Source: Nitrospirota bacterium (GTDB lineage: Bacteria; Nitrospirota; Nitrospiria; JACQBZ01). From it: 64,000 bases of DNA. The stretch covers positions 5,327-69,326 of the forward strand of contig JACQCA010000039.1 of the NCBI GenBank assembly GCA_016201865.1. Direction: 5' to 3'. Position numbers and translations under genes: made by a program. A model generated the notes under the pieces. That model was not told the origin of the DNA, ran no database searches, and worked only from the letters and a program-made list of their open reading frames with translations. Below, one piece after another: positions 41,001-51,138 of the stretch (positions are counted from its first letter, which is position 1; every line of letters starts with the position of its first letter).

Positions 41001-41387
41001 TTAGTCCGCCTTCTCTTTGAGATAGTCGCCGTACTGCCTTGCGTCCATGAGTTGTTTGACCTCCGATGGATGGGTCATCTGGATCTTGACGATCCAGCCC
41101 TTTCCGTAAGGATCCTGATTCACAAGCTCCGGTTTGTCCTTGAGCTCTTCGTTCACAGCAAGAATCTTTCCGCTGACCGGGGTATAGACCGCAGAGGTGG
41201 TCTTTGTGGATTCCACCTCGCCGATCTCCTGGCCGGATCGAACCTCGGCGCCGACTTTCGGGAGCTCAAGATAAACGACGTCCCCCAACGCGTCTTGTGC
41301 GAAATGGGTAATCCCCAACACCGCCGTGCGATCTTCTTGGCGGATCCATTCATGCTCGGCGTGATAACGCAATCCTTCGGGTATCAT
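41001..41387 (-). CDS. gcvH: Glycine cleavage system H protein
   Basis: HEW, AQDALGDVVY, VESTK lipoyl-Lys, NQDPYGKGW. Confidence 0.96.
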   Translation of the reverse strand: MIPEGLRYHAEHEWIRQEDRTAVLGITHFAQDALGDVVYLELPKVGAEVRSGQEIGEVESTKTTSAVYTPVSGKILAVNEELKDKPELVNQDPYGKGWIVKIQMTHPSEVKQLMDARQYGDYLKEKAD

Positions 41388-41428
41388 CTGTCCTCCATTA
41401 AATGTTGTGACCCGTCAACTCATGCCGG

Positions 41429-41521
41429 CCGTGGGGATCTACCCAGCGAGCAAGGCGAGCGAGAGGGGGAGGCTCCAGTCCGCATGAGGCGGATGGAGGG
41501 GGCGACGCGAGCCCCTATAAA
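41429..41521 (-). repeat. Copy C of the modular intergenic repeat family (left, hairpin and right modules)
   Basis: Minus strand TTTATAGGGGCTCGCGTCGCC then TGGAGCCTCCCCCTCTCGCTCGCCTTGCTCGCTGGGTA, 37/38 identical to 59429-59466. Confidence 0.85.
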
Positions 41522-41530
41522 TTGACCCTG

Positions 41531-41559
41531 ATACTAAATTACGGATGCGGTCTTGTCAA
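41531..41559 (-). promoter_or_regulatory. Putative sigma70 promoter of gcvH-lpdA-tyrS
   Basis: Minus strand TTGACA-17 nt-TAGTAT. Confidence 0.6.
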
Positions 41560-42930
41560 GAGCCCGTCCGCGGCCTTTTCATCCTCGAAGAACAGAAGCC
41601 CCGTGTCGTCAAAGTCGGCCGGATGGGCTGCGATCCAGGGCTCTTCGGAGAGCGGAACCAGAGCGATCACCCGCTTTGAGTCGCCGATGAGTTCCTTCAT
41701 CCGGCCCAGAACCGCAGCCGCATCGTCGGGGTTCTGTTGAAAGGACAACGATACGCCGAAATAATCGACCCCGCGCTGTTTTTCCTCCAACAGATCGATT
41801 CCGGACCGGGCCAATGCCCAATGTGGCTGCGTGACGGCCGCCGGCGGGAGGATGCGGACCCAAACCATAGCGGGATAGCGCTCCTGAACCGTCTTGATCA
41901 CCTGGGCCAAGCGGTTTAGTGCCTCCCGGTTTTTCCAGCCGACCCATTTCCAGAACAACGGCGCGCCGGAAAATTCCGGGAAGGGATCCGATCGGCCGCC
42001 TGAACCCGGAGCCGCAACCCATTGATCGGGCTGCACGGTTTCACCAAAATCGTTCAAAAAGCCGTCCCGGGCCGCCGGGCTGAATCCTTCCCATGGACCG
42101 GTCCAGGGATCCTCGTCGATCACAAGGCCGTCAACCCCCGTCGCAGCCATATCCAGATAGAGTCGGCCCAGACGGTCCAGCGTGGTCGGGTTGAAAAGAT
42201 CCAATGCCTCCGTCGAGGTCATGCGTTTCTTGACCGGGTCATACCCGATGTCGCGTTCTTCTCCGGGAACTTTGAACCAGGGCAGATGGCGCGAGGGAAT
42301 CCGAACCCAGACCTTGAGACCGCGCGCATGGGCCGCGGCGGCGGTCGAAGAAAGGCGATCATCGATCACGGGGGCCTGATCCGTTCTAAAATAAACCCCG
42401 TTGGCCCCATACCCCCGAACGACCATCGTGAGGACACCCGGGATCGTTACTTTTTCAACCATCTTTTCCATCGCACCCATCGCCTCTCCCGGATCCCCCG
42501 CCCGGATGATTCCGATCTGCCGCGCCGATGGTCGTTGGGCCGTCCTTGGAGTCCGAAGACCTTCTACAAACCCGATGCGCAATGCGGCCTCGTATCGGTG
42601 GGAGGACTGCGGAAAATTCTTTTGAAAGGATTGATACTCTCTCAACGCCGACTCAAAGGCCCCGCCGGATTCATAGGATTTTCCAAGCATCCATTGCGCC
42701 TCTTCCAAAAGCGGGGCGCCCGGAAAACGGCCGATCACGGCCTGAAATTGCCGCACGGCCTTTTCGTAGCTGCGATCCTGATAGGCCCTCATGCCCTCAT
42801 CAAACATGGCTTGCTGATCGGCCGGGACGGTAAGGGGCATCCCCTCGGGAGACGGCATCCCGACACAGCCCGCAATCCCAAACGCTATGAGGAGGCCGAG
42901 AACGATCCGTGCGAGGTCGATCATCGTCAT
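41539..42930 (-). CDS. Lipoprotein: BamD/YfiO-like TPR plus PgaB-C/GH-like TIM-barrel domain
   Basis: Lipobox IAGC; FQAVIGRFPGA TPR; GVYF, HARGLKVW, LDLFNP, VDGLVIDED. Confidence 0.65.
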   Translation of the reverse strand: MTMIDLARIVLGLLIAFGIAGCVGMPSPEGMPLTVPADQQAMFDEGMRAYQDRSYEKAVRQFQAVIGRFPGAPLLEEAQWMLGKSYESGGAFESALREYQSFQKNFPQSSHRYEAALRIGFVEGLRTPRTAQRPSARQIGIIRAGDPGEAMGAMEKMVEKVTIPGVLTMVVRGYGANGVYFRTDQAPVIDDRLSSTAAAAHARGLKVWVRIPSRHLPWFKVPGEERDIGYDPVKKRMTSTEALDLFNPTTLDRLGRLYLDMAATGVDGLVIDEDPWTGPWEGFSPAARDGFLNDFGETVQPDQWVAAPGSGGRSDPFPEFSGAPLFWKWVGWKNREALNRLAQVIKTVQERYPAMVWVRILPPAAVTQPHWALARSGIDLLEEKQRGVDYFGVSLSFQQNPDDAAAVLGRMKELIGDSKRVIALVPLSEEPWIAAHPADFDDTGLLFFEDEKAADGLLTRPHP

Positions 42931-42964
42931 CGATCGCTTCACCGGTTTAATAAGACAACCATCG

Positions 42965-44410
42965 TCAGAAATTTTTTGCAACCTGGTTGGCCAATTCCAG
43001 CGCGGACCGGGCCGACTCCAAGGCCGCGACGGGACGGCGGCCCAGATCCGGCAACAGATAGAGGTTTTTAAGGGAGGTCAAATAGTAACACGCCCCATCC
43101 CGCGCCACCCTCCGAGTCGTTCGGACCTGCTCCGCCAACTTCAACGGGATCCGGGCGGCGGCCTCCGTCTCGCCCAGGTCGTCGCCTAAAAAGGTCAGCG
43201 CACCCTCGGAGAAAGGCATCAACCACGTCAAGTGGGAGGTCACCGAGGGAATCAGGGTTTTCAGAATTTCTCGATTCGGGCTGTCGGATTCCGGAAGGTA
43301 CCCGACGACCCGGAGGGCCCGCTTCCCGTCGGGCGCAGCCCAATGATCCTGGACCGGATTCACCTGAAGGTAAAAAAAGTTGTCGGACAGCGAAGGGCGC
43401 AGGTACGACCGCAGGAAAAGGAGATGGTCTTTCATCGGGAACGGGAGCACCCGGTCCGGGACACCGTAATAAAGCGCGTACGGCCTTCGTTGTGGAGACT
43501 TGTCGGTGGACGACGGCCAAGGGAGATTCAGGATGACGGACGTGCCGTGAACCATCTCGCCGTCGGCCGTTCGAATCCCGTCCGCATGGCGGTGTCGGAG
43601 CACGATCTCCGAAACGGGTTGACGATAGACGACGTCGCCGTGGCACTCCTGAATCACCTTGACGAGCAGCTCGGACAGGCGGGGAATCCCGCCGCTGACG
43701 GTGATCATCTCCCGCCGGATCAACCCCAGCAGATGGATCAGATCCAGACCGGTCGCTTCTTCCGTCGTCTTTCCGATAAAAATCAGAAGGAGCAGCTCCA
43801 GTCCGCGCCCAATCTCGGGCACCAAACCATGACGACGGATCGGGTCCGACGCCGGCTGCCGGCGTTGGGTCCGCACGGCCGAGAAATAGCGCATCCGTGC
43901 ACGGAACGCGCGGATCCAGTCCCGCACCGTCCCCGGCTTCAGTCGTTGGGCCTGATGCATCCTCGGCCGGATAATCTCATCCCACCGCTCCATCTCGGCC
44001 CCGAAGGCCGCAAGCTCCTGGACCTGGTCCGGAAACTCCCGTTTCAATTCGTCCAATCCTTCTCCCGATTCCGTAAAATAATCCAAACGGTGATCCGGCA
44101 GGACGATCTGGAGCGGCGGCTGGGTCTTGCGAAAAAGGAGGCCTTCGCGCTTTAAGAGCGACAACGACAGGCCCATTTCGGTGAAAAGACGATCGTACAG
44201 GCCGTCCCGCTCGAATCCCAGGAAAAGGGTCGGCCCTTGAATGAAGGTATATCCCTCTTTGTGGATATGGACGGAGGCCCCTCCAGACGTCGGGGCCTCT
44301 TCGAGGACCAGGACCTGTTTGCCGCGTTTGGCCAACAAGGCGGCGCAGAGAAGCCCTTCCAGGCCGGCGCCGACGACGATGACATCATACCGTCTGGAGG
44401 AATTCAGCAT
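42965..44410 (-). CDS. FAD-dependent oxidoreductase, phytoene desaturase-like
   Basis: VIVVGAGLEG Rossmann motif, SGGA, EGYTF, APDGK. Confidence 0.78.
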   Translation of the reverse strand: MLNSSRRYDVIVVGAGLEGLLCAALLAKRGKQVLVLEEAPTSGGASVHIHKEGYTFIQGPTLFLGFERDGLYDRLFTEMGLSLSLLKREGLLFRKTQPPLQIVLPDHRLDYFTESGEGLDELKREFPDQVQELAAFGAEMERWDEIIRPRMHQAQRLKPGTVRDWIRAFRARMRYFSAVRTQRRQPASDPIRRHGLVPEIGRGLELLLLIFIGKTTEEATGLDLIHLLGLIRREMITVSGGIPRLSELLVKVIQECHGDVVYRQPVSEIVLRHRHADGIRTADGEMVHGTSVILNLPWPSSTDKSPQRRPYALYYGVPDRVLPFPMKDHLLFLRSYLRPSLSDNFFYLQVNPVQDHWAAPDGKRALRVVGYLPESDSPNREILKTLIPSVTSHLTWLMPFSEGALTFLGDDLGETEAAARIPLKLAEQVRTTRRVARDGACYYLTSLKNLYLLPDLGRRPVAALESARSALELANQVAKNF

Positions 44411-44419
44411 GTCCGTACG

Positions 44420-44839
44420 TCAGAATTGAAGTTCAAGAGTGCTGAAGAAGTAACCGATCTCAAACTGCGCCGATTCGCGGGAATCCGATCCGTGAACCAC
44501 ATTGTGCTCGATGTCCGTGCCGAACTCCCGGCGGATTGTTCCCGGCGCGGCCTCTTTCGGATGGGTCGCCCCCATCAGATCGCGGTGGCGTTTAACGGCG
44601 TCCTCCCCTTCCAGCACCAGCACGACCATCGGTCCGCCGGCCATGAAGTCGGTCAGTCTGCCGAAGAACGGCCGCGCGCGATGGACGTCATAGAAGCCCT
44701 CCGCCTGCGACTTCGTCAGCCGCACCTTTTTCATGGCCCGGATGGCGAACCCCTGTTGCTCGTACCGCTTGATGATCTCCCCGGTGAGATTTCGCGAAAC
44801 CGCATCCGGCTTGATGATCGCCAACGTCCGCTCGACCAC
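44420..44839 (-). CDS. ndk: Nucleoside diphosphate kinase
   Basis: [24 protein letters not shown]. Confidence 0.97.
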   Translation of the reverse strand: MVERTLAIIKPDAVSRNLTGEIIKRYEQQGFAIRAMKKVRLTKSQAEGFYDVHRARPFFGRLTDFMAGGPMVVLVLEGEDAVKRHRDLMGATHPKEAAPGTIRREFGTDIEHNVVHGSDSRESAQFEIGYFFSTLELQF

Positions 44840-45030
44840 GCAGAAACTCTCCTCCTAAATCGATTTGGAGGTTGGTATTGTAACGAAACCGCCTTTGAAT
44901 TGCAATCGGTTTTCCGTGCAGCCGATTTCCTCGCGACCCTCGTTCGGCGCTTCCATCAAACCATCGCGGGTCGCACCCATTTGACTCGGAACATCCCTTT
45001 TAGTAAGATCGTTTCTCATCGAGAGGTTCC

Positions 45031-47625
45031 ATGACGAAAGGGAATCGGGCAAAAGAACCCGAAGACCATGATGTTTCCAAACAAGGCCGCGCGGCTTCAC
45101 GAATAACAAAATTCCTCTGGGCCGCGCCGGTTTTTCTGGCCCTGCTGGTCAATTTCAACGTCCTGCAAAACGGTTACGGCTGGGACGATGAGACCATCAT
45201 CCAAAAGCTTCGTCTCTCCGAACATTGGTGGTCTCTCCTTTTGCCGAATCCGGGCGTCGGACCCGTTTCCAAACAGGACCTGCCGTATTTTCGTCCGGTG
45301 GCGGATCTGTCATATCTGCTGGATTACCAGCTCTGGGGGAATCGTCCCTTCGGCTTCCATCTCTCGGTCTTTCTAGCCCATCTCCTGAACACGGCGCTGG
45401 TCTTCTTCCTGGCCAGAGAATTGGCGGGAAGCTTCAATCGCGCTGCTCCCAACATGCTCCCGCTCATGGCCGCATCTCTTTTTGCCGTCCACCCGATCCA
45501 TGCCGAGGCCGTCGCCTGGATCGCCGGTCGAAACGATGTCTTCTGCACCACGTTCCTTTTATCCTCCCTCCTGCTCTACCTGCGATTTCACCGGACCGGA
45601 AATCGGATCGTTTACGGATTGTCCATGTTCTGTTTTGTTTTGGCCCTCTTAACTAAAGAGGCCGCGATCGGGATGATCGTCTTATTCCCGCTTTACGACT
45701 ATCTTATCGCACGGCGTCCGGTTCGAGGTTCAAACTCATTCCTTTTCTGGCGGCCGATCGCGCTTCGTATGACGGTCCCTCTCGTGATCACCGGCCTCTA
45801 TTTCTGGACGCGGAGCGTCAAGATCACGCGGCCTTATGGAGACGCAACACCGTCGACATTTTTATTGTTCCAGACCTTTTGGAAGATGATTTGCGGCTTT
45901 GGTTTCTACGTCAAGCTGATGGTTTTTCCGTATCCGCACCGCCCCTTCATCGCAGCCCTGCCTTCTTCCTTCCCTTTCTTTATGCTATCCGGCCTGATCG
46001 CCGTTTTAATCCTGGGCGGGATCATCTTTGCGCTGGTCCGCCGTGAGATCTTGGTGGGGATCGGCCTGGTCTGGACGGCGGTGATACTGGCTCCTGCCGT
46101 ATCGCTCGCCGTTCTCCTCGTCGCATCCACGACGGCCGCCGAGCGATACGTCTACGGCCCTTCGGCCGGATTCTTGATCGTCGTGGCATGGCTGATGGTC
46201 AACGCCTCCGATCGTCTTCCGGCGATGACGGGATGGCCGCCGCGCACGGTTTGGATCGTGACGACTCTTTTATGGGGCGGCCTTACGGCGGCGTGGGGAT
46301 GGGAAAGCGGACATCGGAATGCCGTATGGCGAAACCCCGTCACCTTTTGGGAGGCGGCCGCAGCGCCGTCGCCGGAGGCCGGCTTCCCGCTGCGGGAGTT
46401 GGGCCTTCGATATGCTCAATTAAAAAAAGAGGCCGAAGCCGAGCAGCTTTATCGGCGGGCGATCGCGCTGGATGAGAAGAACCTGGGACCGGAACATCCC
46501 GAAGTCGGGGCCGACCTTCATAACTTGGGGTCGCTCTACCACGACCGGGGCCGGTATGCCGAGGCCGAACCGCTTTACCAACAGGCCCTGGCGATCTGGG
46601 AAAAGGCCCTGGGGCCGGGGAGCCCCGACGTGGCCACGGCCCTCAATAATCTGGCGGCCCTCTACTTTGCCCAGGGCAAGTACGCCCAGGCCGAACCCTT
46701 TTTTAAGCGGGCCCTGGCAATCTGGGAGAAGGCCTTTGGACCGGATAACCTCGACCTCGTTCAGAGCCTCAACAACTTAGCCGAGGTTGACCGCGCACTC
46801 AACCGACCGGCCGAGGCCGAGCCGCTTTACCGACGGGCGATCGCCCTCCAGGAAAAGGCCTTGGGACCGAATCATCCCGATCTGGTCCAGAACCTCAACA
46901 ACCTGGCCGAGCTTTACCGCAACCTCAATCGACCGGCCGAGGCCGCACCGCTCTTCCAACGGGCGCTCGCTATCCGGGAAAAAACCTTGAGGCCGAACGA
47001 TCCCGTTCTGGCCGCGAGCTTCCAGAACCTGGCATCGCTCGACTACGACCTCGGTCGCTATGCCGAGGCCGAGCCGCTTTACCAACAGGCCCTGGCCCTC
47101 CGGGAAAAAGCGCTCGGTCCGGAGCATTCCGACGTGGCGGCCGTCCTGAACCAATTAGCCGCACTGTATTACGCCGAACATAAGTACACCCAGGCCGAAC
47201 CGCTCTACCGACGGGCGCTGGCCATTCAGGAGAAAACGGGCGGGCCGGAAAATCTGGAGGTCGTCCAGAGTCTCAACAACCTGGGCGTCTTGTATAATGT
47301 TCTTGGCCGGTATGCCGAGGCCGAGCCGTTGTACAAACGCTCCTTGGCGATTCGAAAAAAGGTCCTGGGGCCGACCCATCCCGACGTGGCGACCGGCCTT
47401 AACAACCTGGCCGGGCTGTACTACGCCCAAGGCCGGTACGCCGAGGCTGAATCCCTCTTTCGGGAAGCCCTGTCGATTCGGGAGAAGACGCTAAGACCGA
47501 CCCATCCCGACCTGGCGACCAGCCTGGAGAACTATGCCGCCTTACTCCGCAAGATTCACCGGGAATCCGAAGCCGCACAAATGGCGGCCCGGGCCCGGGT
47601 GATCCGAGGAAAGACCGCTCCATGA
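45031..47625 (+). CDS. GT-C membrane glycosyltransferase (TMTC-like) with C-terminal TPR array
   Basis: GWDD, YFRPV, LFAVHPIHAEAVAWIAGRND, AERYVY, RNAVW; about 11 TMs; 42-aa TPRs. Confidence 0.82.
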   Translation: MTKGNRAKEPEDHDVSKQGRAASRITKFLWAAPVFLALLVNFNVLQNGYGWDDETIIQKLRLSEHWWSLLLPNPGVGPVSKQDLPYFRPVADLSYLLDYQLWGNRPFGFHLSVFLAHLLNTALVFFLARELAGSFNRAAPNMLPLMAASLFAVHPIHAEAVAWIAGRNDVFCTTFLLSSLLLYLRFHRTGNRIVYGLSMFCFVLALLTKEAAIGMIVLFPLYDYLIARRPVRGSNSFLFWRPIALRMTVPLVITGLYFWTRSVKITRPYGDATPSTFLLFQTFWKMICGFGFYVKLMVFPYPHRPFIAALPSSFPFFMLSGLIAVLILGGIIFALVRREILVGIGLVWTAVILAPAVSLAVLLVASTTAAERYVYGPSAGFLIVVAWLMVNASDRLPAMTGWPPRTVWIVTTLLWGGLTAAWGWESGHRNAVWRNPVTFWEAAAAPSPEAGFPLRELGLRYAQLKKEAEAEQLYRRAIALDEKNLGPEHPEVGADLHNLGSLYHDRGRYAEAEPLYQQALAIWEKALGPGSPDVATALNNLAALYFAQGKYAQAEPFFKRALAIWEKAFGPDNLDLVQSLNNLAEVDRALNRPAEAEPLYRRAIALQEKALGPNHPDLVQNLNNLAELYRNLNRPAEAAPLFQRALAIREKTLRPNDPVLAASFQNLASLDYDLGRYAEAEPLYQQALALREKALGPEHSDVAAVLNQLAALYYAEHKYTQAEPLYRRALAIQEKTGGPENLEVVQSLNNLGVLYNVLGRYAEAEPLYKRSLAIRKKVLGPTHPDVATGLNNLAGLYYAQGRYAEAESLFREALSIREKTLRPTHPDLATSLENYAALLRKIHRESEAAQMAARARVIRGKTAP
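46390..47523 (+). repeat. Nine 126-bp coding repeats (42-aa kinesin-light-chain-type TPRs)
   Basis: Consensus LNNLAxLYxxxGRYAEAEPLYxRALAIxEKxLGPxHPDV with 42-aa period. Confidence 0.85.
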
Positions 47626-48431
47626 CCGCAAAGAAAGTCCGAGACTACCAAGACGTGATCGAGGCCATCGAGAAGGCGGAACGGGATATTCCCTCGCTTC
47701 GCGTCATCCGAACGGACAGGGTCAAAACGGCGGGCGGGCCTTATCCCTTTTATCACCTTTCAATTACGAGCCCCGAAGCCGGAAACCCCGAACGACGGAC
47801 GGTCTTCCTCGGCGGCGGAATCCATGGGGATGAGCCCGGCGGCGTCTGGGCCGTCATGGAATTTCTGCGGCGTTACCCGATGCAGCCCGACCGGTACCGG
47901 CGGTTTGAGTTTACCCTCCTTCCCTGCATGAACCCGTTCGGGTATGAACACAACACGCGCGCGAATGCCGCCGGCATCGATCTCAACCGCCAGTTTCGGA
48001 ACACGGCCCCCCCGATCGAGGTCCAACGGGTGAAGAAAGCGGTCGGCGGCCGACCGTTTTTTCTAACGATGGAGTTTCATGAGGACGTCGACACGCCGGG
48101 TTTTTATCTCTATGAACTGACGCAGAAAGGCGAGCCCTCATGGGGTCGCGAGATGATCGCGAGGATCGGGGCCCGATATCCGGTCAACCGGAATCAAGAA
48201 ATCGAAGGCCTCCCGGCCGAAGAAGGCTTGATCCACCGCCAACCGGGGCATATCGATCTCCGAAAAATCATGGAGCAGCGCGCCGACTGGCCCCAGGCCT
48301 TTTACCATTACGCCAACGGCAGCCGACACTGCTTCACGACCGAAACACCGATTCACCTGACGCGTGACGAGCGCGCCGAAATCCATCTCACCGCGTTGGA
48401 CGTCGCGCTGGAGAAGTTATGGGCGCCCTGA
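47622..48431 (+). CDS. M14-family zinc metallopeptidase
   Basis: GGIHGDE, NPFG, DLNR, EFHED, TTETP. Confidence 0.85.
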   Translation: MTAKKVRDYQDVIEAIEKAERDIPSLRVIRTDRVKTAGGPYPFYHLSITSPEAGNPERRTVFLGGGIHGDEPGGVWAVMEFLRRYPMQPDRYRRFEFTLLPCMNPFGYEHNTRANAAGIDLNRQFRNTAPPIEVQRVKKAVGGRPFFLTMEFHEDVDTPGFYLYELTQKGEPSWGREMIARIGARYPVNRNQEIEGLPAEEGLIHRQPGHIDLRKIMEQRADWPQAFYHYANGSRHCFTTETPIHLTRDERAEIHLTALDVALEKLWAP

Positions 48432-48949
48432 CCCCCGCGGCTCCGGCGAAGCTGTTCATCGGCATGATCTCGGGCCGGCCGGCGCTCTTCCATGAAGTCC
48501 GGCTTCCGCTCATCGAACGCTTCGGACCGGTCGAGTCCGAAAGCCCCGTCTATCCCTGGAATCATACGGCCTACTATGAAAAGGAGCTGGGGCCGGACCT
48601 GAAGCGACAATTTCTTTTTTTCAAACAACCCGTCCCGCCCGACGCGCTACCCGAAATCAAGCGATTCACAAACGAACTGGAGCAACAATGGGTCCGGACC
48701 ACGTCCGATGGAAATCTCCGCCGGATCAATCTCGATCCGGGTTATCTCGCCCCGTCGAAGATCGTGCTGGCGACGACCAAGGACTATTCGCACCGGATCT
48801 ATCTGCGGGATGGGATCTACGCCGAAGTCACATTGATGTACCAGGGAAAAAGTTTCCACCCGCTTCCCCACACCTATCCCGATTTCCGGTCCGAGGAATA
48901 TATCGCGCTCTTCAACCAAGCCCGGAATACGACCTTAAAAACCGGTTGA
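48419..48949 (+). CDS. DUF4416-like protein
   Basis: RRINLDPGY, LATTKDYSHRIYL, TYPDFR. Confidence 0.75.
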   Translation: MGALTPAAPAKLFIGMISGRPALFHEVRLPLIERFGPVESESPVYPWNHTAYYEKELGPDLKRQFLFFKQPVPPDALPEIKRFTNELEQQWVRTTSDGNLRRINLDPGYLAPSKIVLATTKDYSHRIYLRDGIYAEVTLMYQGKSFHPLPHTYPDFRSEEYIALFNQARNTTLKTG

Positions 48950-49018
48950 CTCCCGCCGGCCTGATATGGCAAGTTAGAAAAGTCAGCCGGTTTAACTTCT
49001 CACAAAAAGGACGGTACG

Positions 49019-49498
49019 ATGCAGATCACCAAACACAAAATCGTGACGATTGATTACACATTGAGCAACGGTCAGGGCGCGGTTCTCAACAGCTCCATCG
49101 GGAACGAGCCGTTCACCTTTATCCACGGCATCGGGAGCATCATCCCCGGCCTTGAGACCGCGCTGGAAGGCAAATCCTCCGGCGATGAGCTCAAGGTCCG
49201 GATCACGCCGGAGGAGGGCTACGGACCGAGAAACGATTCGCTGATGGAGGTCGTCTCGAAAGATCTCTTCGAAGACGTTGGGGAACTGAAGGTCGGCATG
49301 CAGTTTGAGGCAAAGACCGAGACCGGAAAACAATTATTGACGATTACCCGGATCGAAGGGAACGATGTGACGGTCGACGGCAATCATCCGCTGGCCGGAG
49401 AAACACTGCATTTCGATGTCAAGATCCGGGACGTGCGCGACGCCACGAGCGAAGAACTCAGCCACGGCCATGCCCACGGCCCGGACTCGGACCATTAA
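49019..49498 (+). CDS. slyD: FKBP-type PPIase SlyD
   Basis: IIPGLETAL, PEEGYG, VDGNHPLAG, His-rich tail. Confidence 0.93.
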   Translation: MQITKHKIVTIDYTLSNGQGAVLNSSIGNEPFTFIHGIGSIIPGLETALEGKSSGDELKVRITPEEGYGPRNDSLMEVVSKDLFEDVGELKVGMQFEAKTETGKQLLTITRIEGNDVTVDGNHPLAGETLHFDVKIRDVRDATSEELSHGHAHGPDSDH

Positions 49499-49509
49499 GA
49501 TCGGAAAGA

Positions 49510-51138
49510 ATGATCGATGACCTGGAACGGATAATCACCTACCACCAAGCGACCAAACACAACCTGGATCGTTATGCCCCCGGCCCGCACGGACTCGACT
49601 GGGCGACGCAGCCGGATCCGTTTCGCCGGTATGCCGCCGCGCCGCTGATTAAACTGGACCTGATCGAGCCGGGAGACCGTCCGCCGTACGAACCGGCCTT
49701 TGCGGAAGGCCGTCTTCCGGTTCAACCGCTCGACCGGAAGAGCATGTCGCAACTCTTCTTTGACTGCCTGGCGATTTCGGCCTGGAAGAAGGCCGGTGAC
49801 ATGAGCTGGGCGCTTCGCGTCAATCCGTCCAGCGGCAATCTCCATCCCACCGAAGGCTACCTGGTCTGTGGTCCTATCCCCGGACTGTGCGACAGCCCGA
49901 CGGTCTGTCACTACGCCCCGAAAAGTCATGCACTGGAACGGCGCGTCGAGTTTTCCCCGGAAATCTGGGAGGCAATGACGGCGCAGCTGCCGGTGGATTC
50001 GATTCTGGTGGGATTGACCTCGATCCATTGGCGCGAAGCCTGGAAATACGGAGAGCGCGCGTTCCGCTACTGTCAGCACGACGCGGGCCATGCCATCGCG
50101 ACGGTCAGCCTCGCCGCAGCCGGACTGGGATGGAAGGCGACTCTGCTGGACGCTCTCTCGACCGATGCGTTGTCTCATCTTCTGGGCGTCTTCGATCCTC
50201 AAGACGCCGAGCCGGAGCATCCCGATTGCCTTCTGGCCATCTACCCGCAAGGGAAGAACGGCATCGAGCCGGCGGTTCCGGAAGAGACGATTGAATCCTT
50301 CCGGGGATTTCAGTGGCAAGGCCGACCTAATCGGCTAAGCCCCGATCATATCGACTGGCCGATGATAGCGCAGGCGACCGTCGCGACACGAAAACCAGCA
50401 ACCCGTCGCATCGAAGGGACGGTTGCTCCAGCCGCCAACCCCCTGAATATCGGACCGGCGGATATTTCGTTTCGAAAGATCATTCACCAACGCCGGAGCG
50501 CTCTCGCTTTTAACGGCCAAACCGGAATCAGTCGGGAAGCGTTTTATCAAATCCTAATGAAAACCCTTCCCGGCCCCGGCCAATTTCCATTCAACGCGAT
50601 TCCGTGGCCGCCCTTCATTCACCTTGCTCTTTTTGTTCACCGCGTGCAGGACCTCGATCCCGGCCTCTATTTTCTGGTGCGTGATCCATCCCAAACGAAG
50701 GCGTTGCAGTCTGCCATGAAAAAGGAGTTCGCCTGGGAAAAACCGGAAGATTGTCCGGAGGGTTTTGAGTTCTACCGTCTTCTAACCGGAGACGCGCGGG
50801 AGATATCACAGCAGATCTCCTGCCATCAGGCGATCGCGGCGGACGGCTGTTTCAGCCTTGGAATGATCGCGGATTTCGAGAAGCCGCTAAAAGAGTATGG
50901 CGCCTGGTTTTATCCAAGACTGTTTTGGGAATCCGGAGTGATCGGTCAGGTGCTCTATCTCGAGGCCGAAGCCCTCGGCATCCGCGGCACCGGCATCGGC
51001 TGCTATTTCGATGATCCGATGCATTCGTTACTGGGACTTCAGGATATCCGGTATCAGGACCTGTATCACTTCACAATGGGAGGCCACGTCGAAGACCCGC
51101 GCCTCACCACCCTGCCGGCATATCCGTCCAATCTGTGA
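49510..51138 (+). CDS. Tandem-domain nitroreductase (SagB/ThcOx-like)
   Basis: YHQATKH, LRVNPSSGNLHPTE, QRRS, GIGCYFDD. Confidence 0.85.
   Translation: MIDDLERIITYHQATKHNLDRYAPGPHGLDWATQPDPFRRYAAAPLIKLDLIEPGDRPPYEPAFAEGRLPVQPLDRKSMSQLFFDCLAISAWKKAGDMSWALRVNPSSGNLHPTEGYLVCGPIPGLCDSPTVCHYAPKSHALERRVEFSPEIWEAMTAQLPVDSILVGLTSIHWREAWKYGERAFRYCQHDAGHAIATVSLAAAGLGWKATLLDALSTDALSHLLGVFDPQDAEPEHPDCLLAIYPQGKNGIEPAVPEETIESFRGFQWQGRPNRLSPDHIDWPMIAQATVATRKPATRRIEGTVAPAANPLNIGPADISFRKIIHQRRSALAFNGQTGISREAFYQILMKTLPGPGQFPFNAIPWPPFIHLALFVHRVQDLDPGLYFLVRDPSQTKALQSAMKKEFAWEKPEDCPEGFEFYRLLTGDAREISQQISCHQAIAADGCFSLGMIADFEKPLKEYGAWFYPRLFWESGVIGQVLYLEAEALGIRGTGIGCYFDDPMHSLLGLQDIRYQDLYHFTMGGHVEDPRLTTLPAYPSNL

Noticed and set aside
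41388-41530. Glycine riboswitch upstream of gcvH
   Set aside because: Lacks the GGAGA, CCGAAG and CTCTCAGG aptamer motifs; the sequence belongs to the dispersed repeat family
46390-47523. CRISPR array or non-coding tandem repeat
   Set aside because: The 126-bp periodicity is in-frame TPR coding with wobble variation; no constant repeat-spacer pattern was seen anywhere in the window
49510-51138. RiPP (azole-containing peptide) cluster around the SagB-like gene
   Set aside because: No YcaO, precursor peptide or transporter nearby
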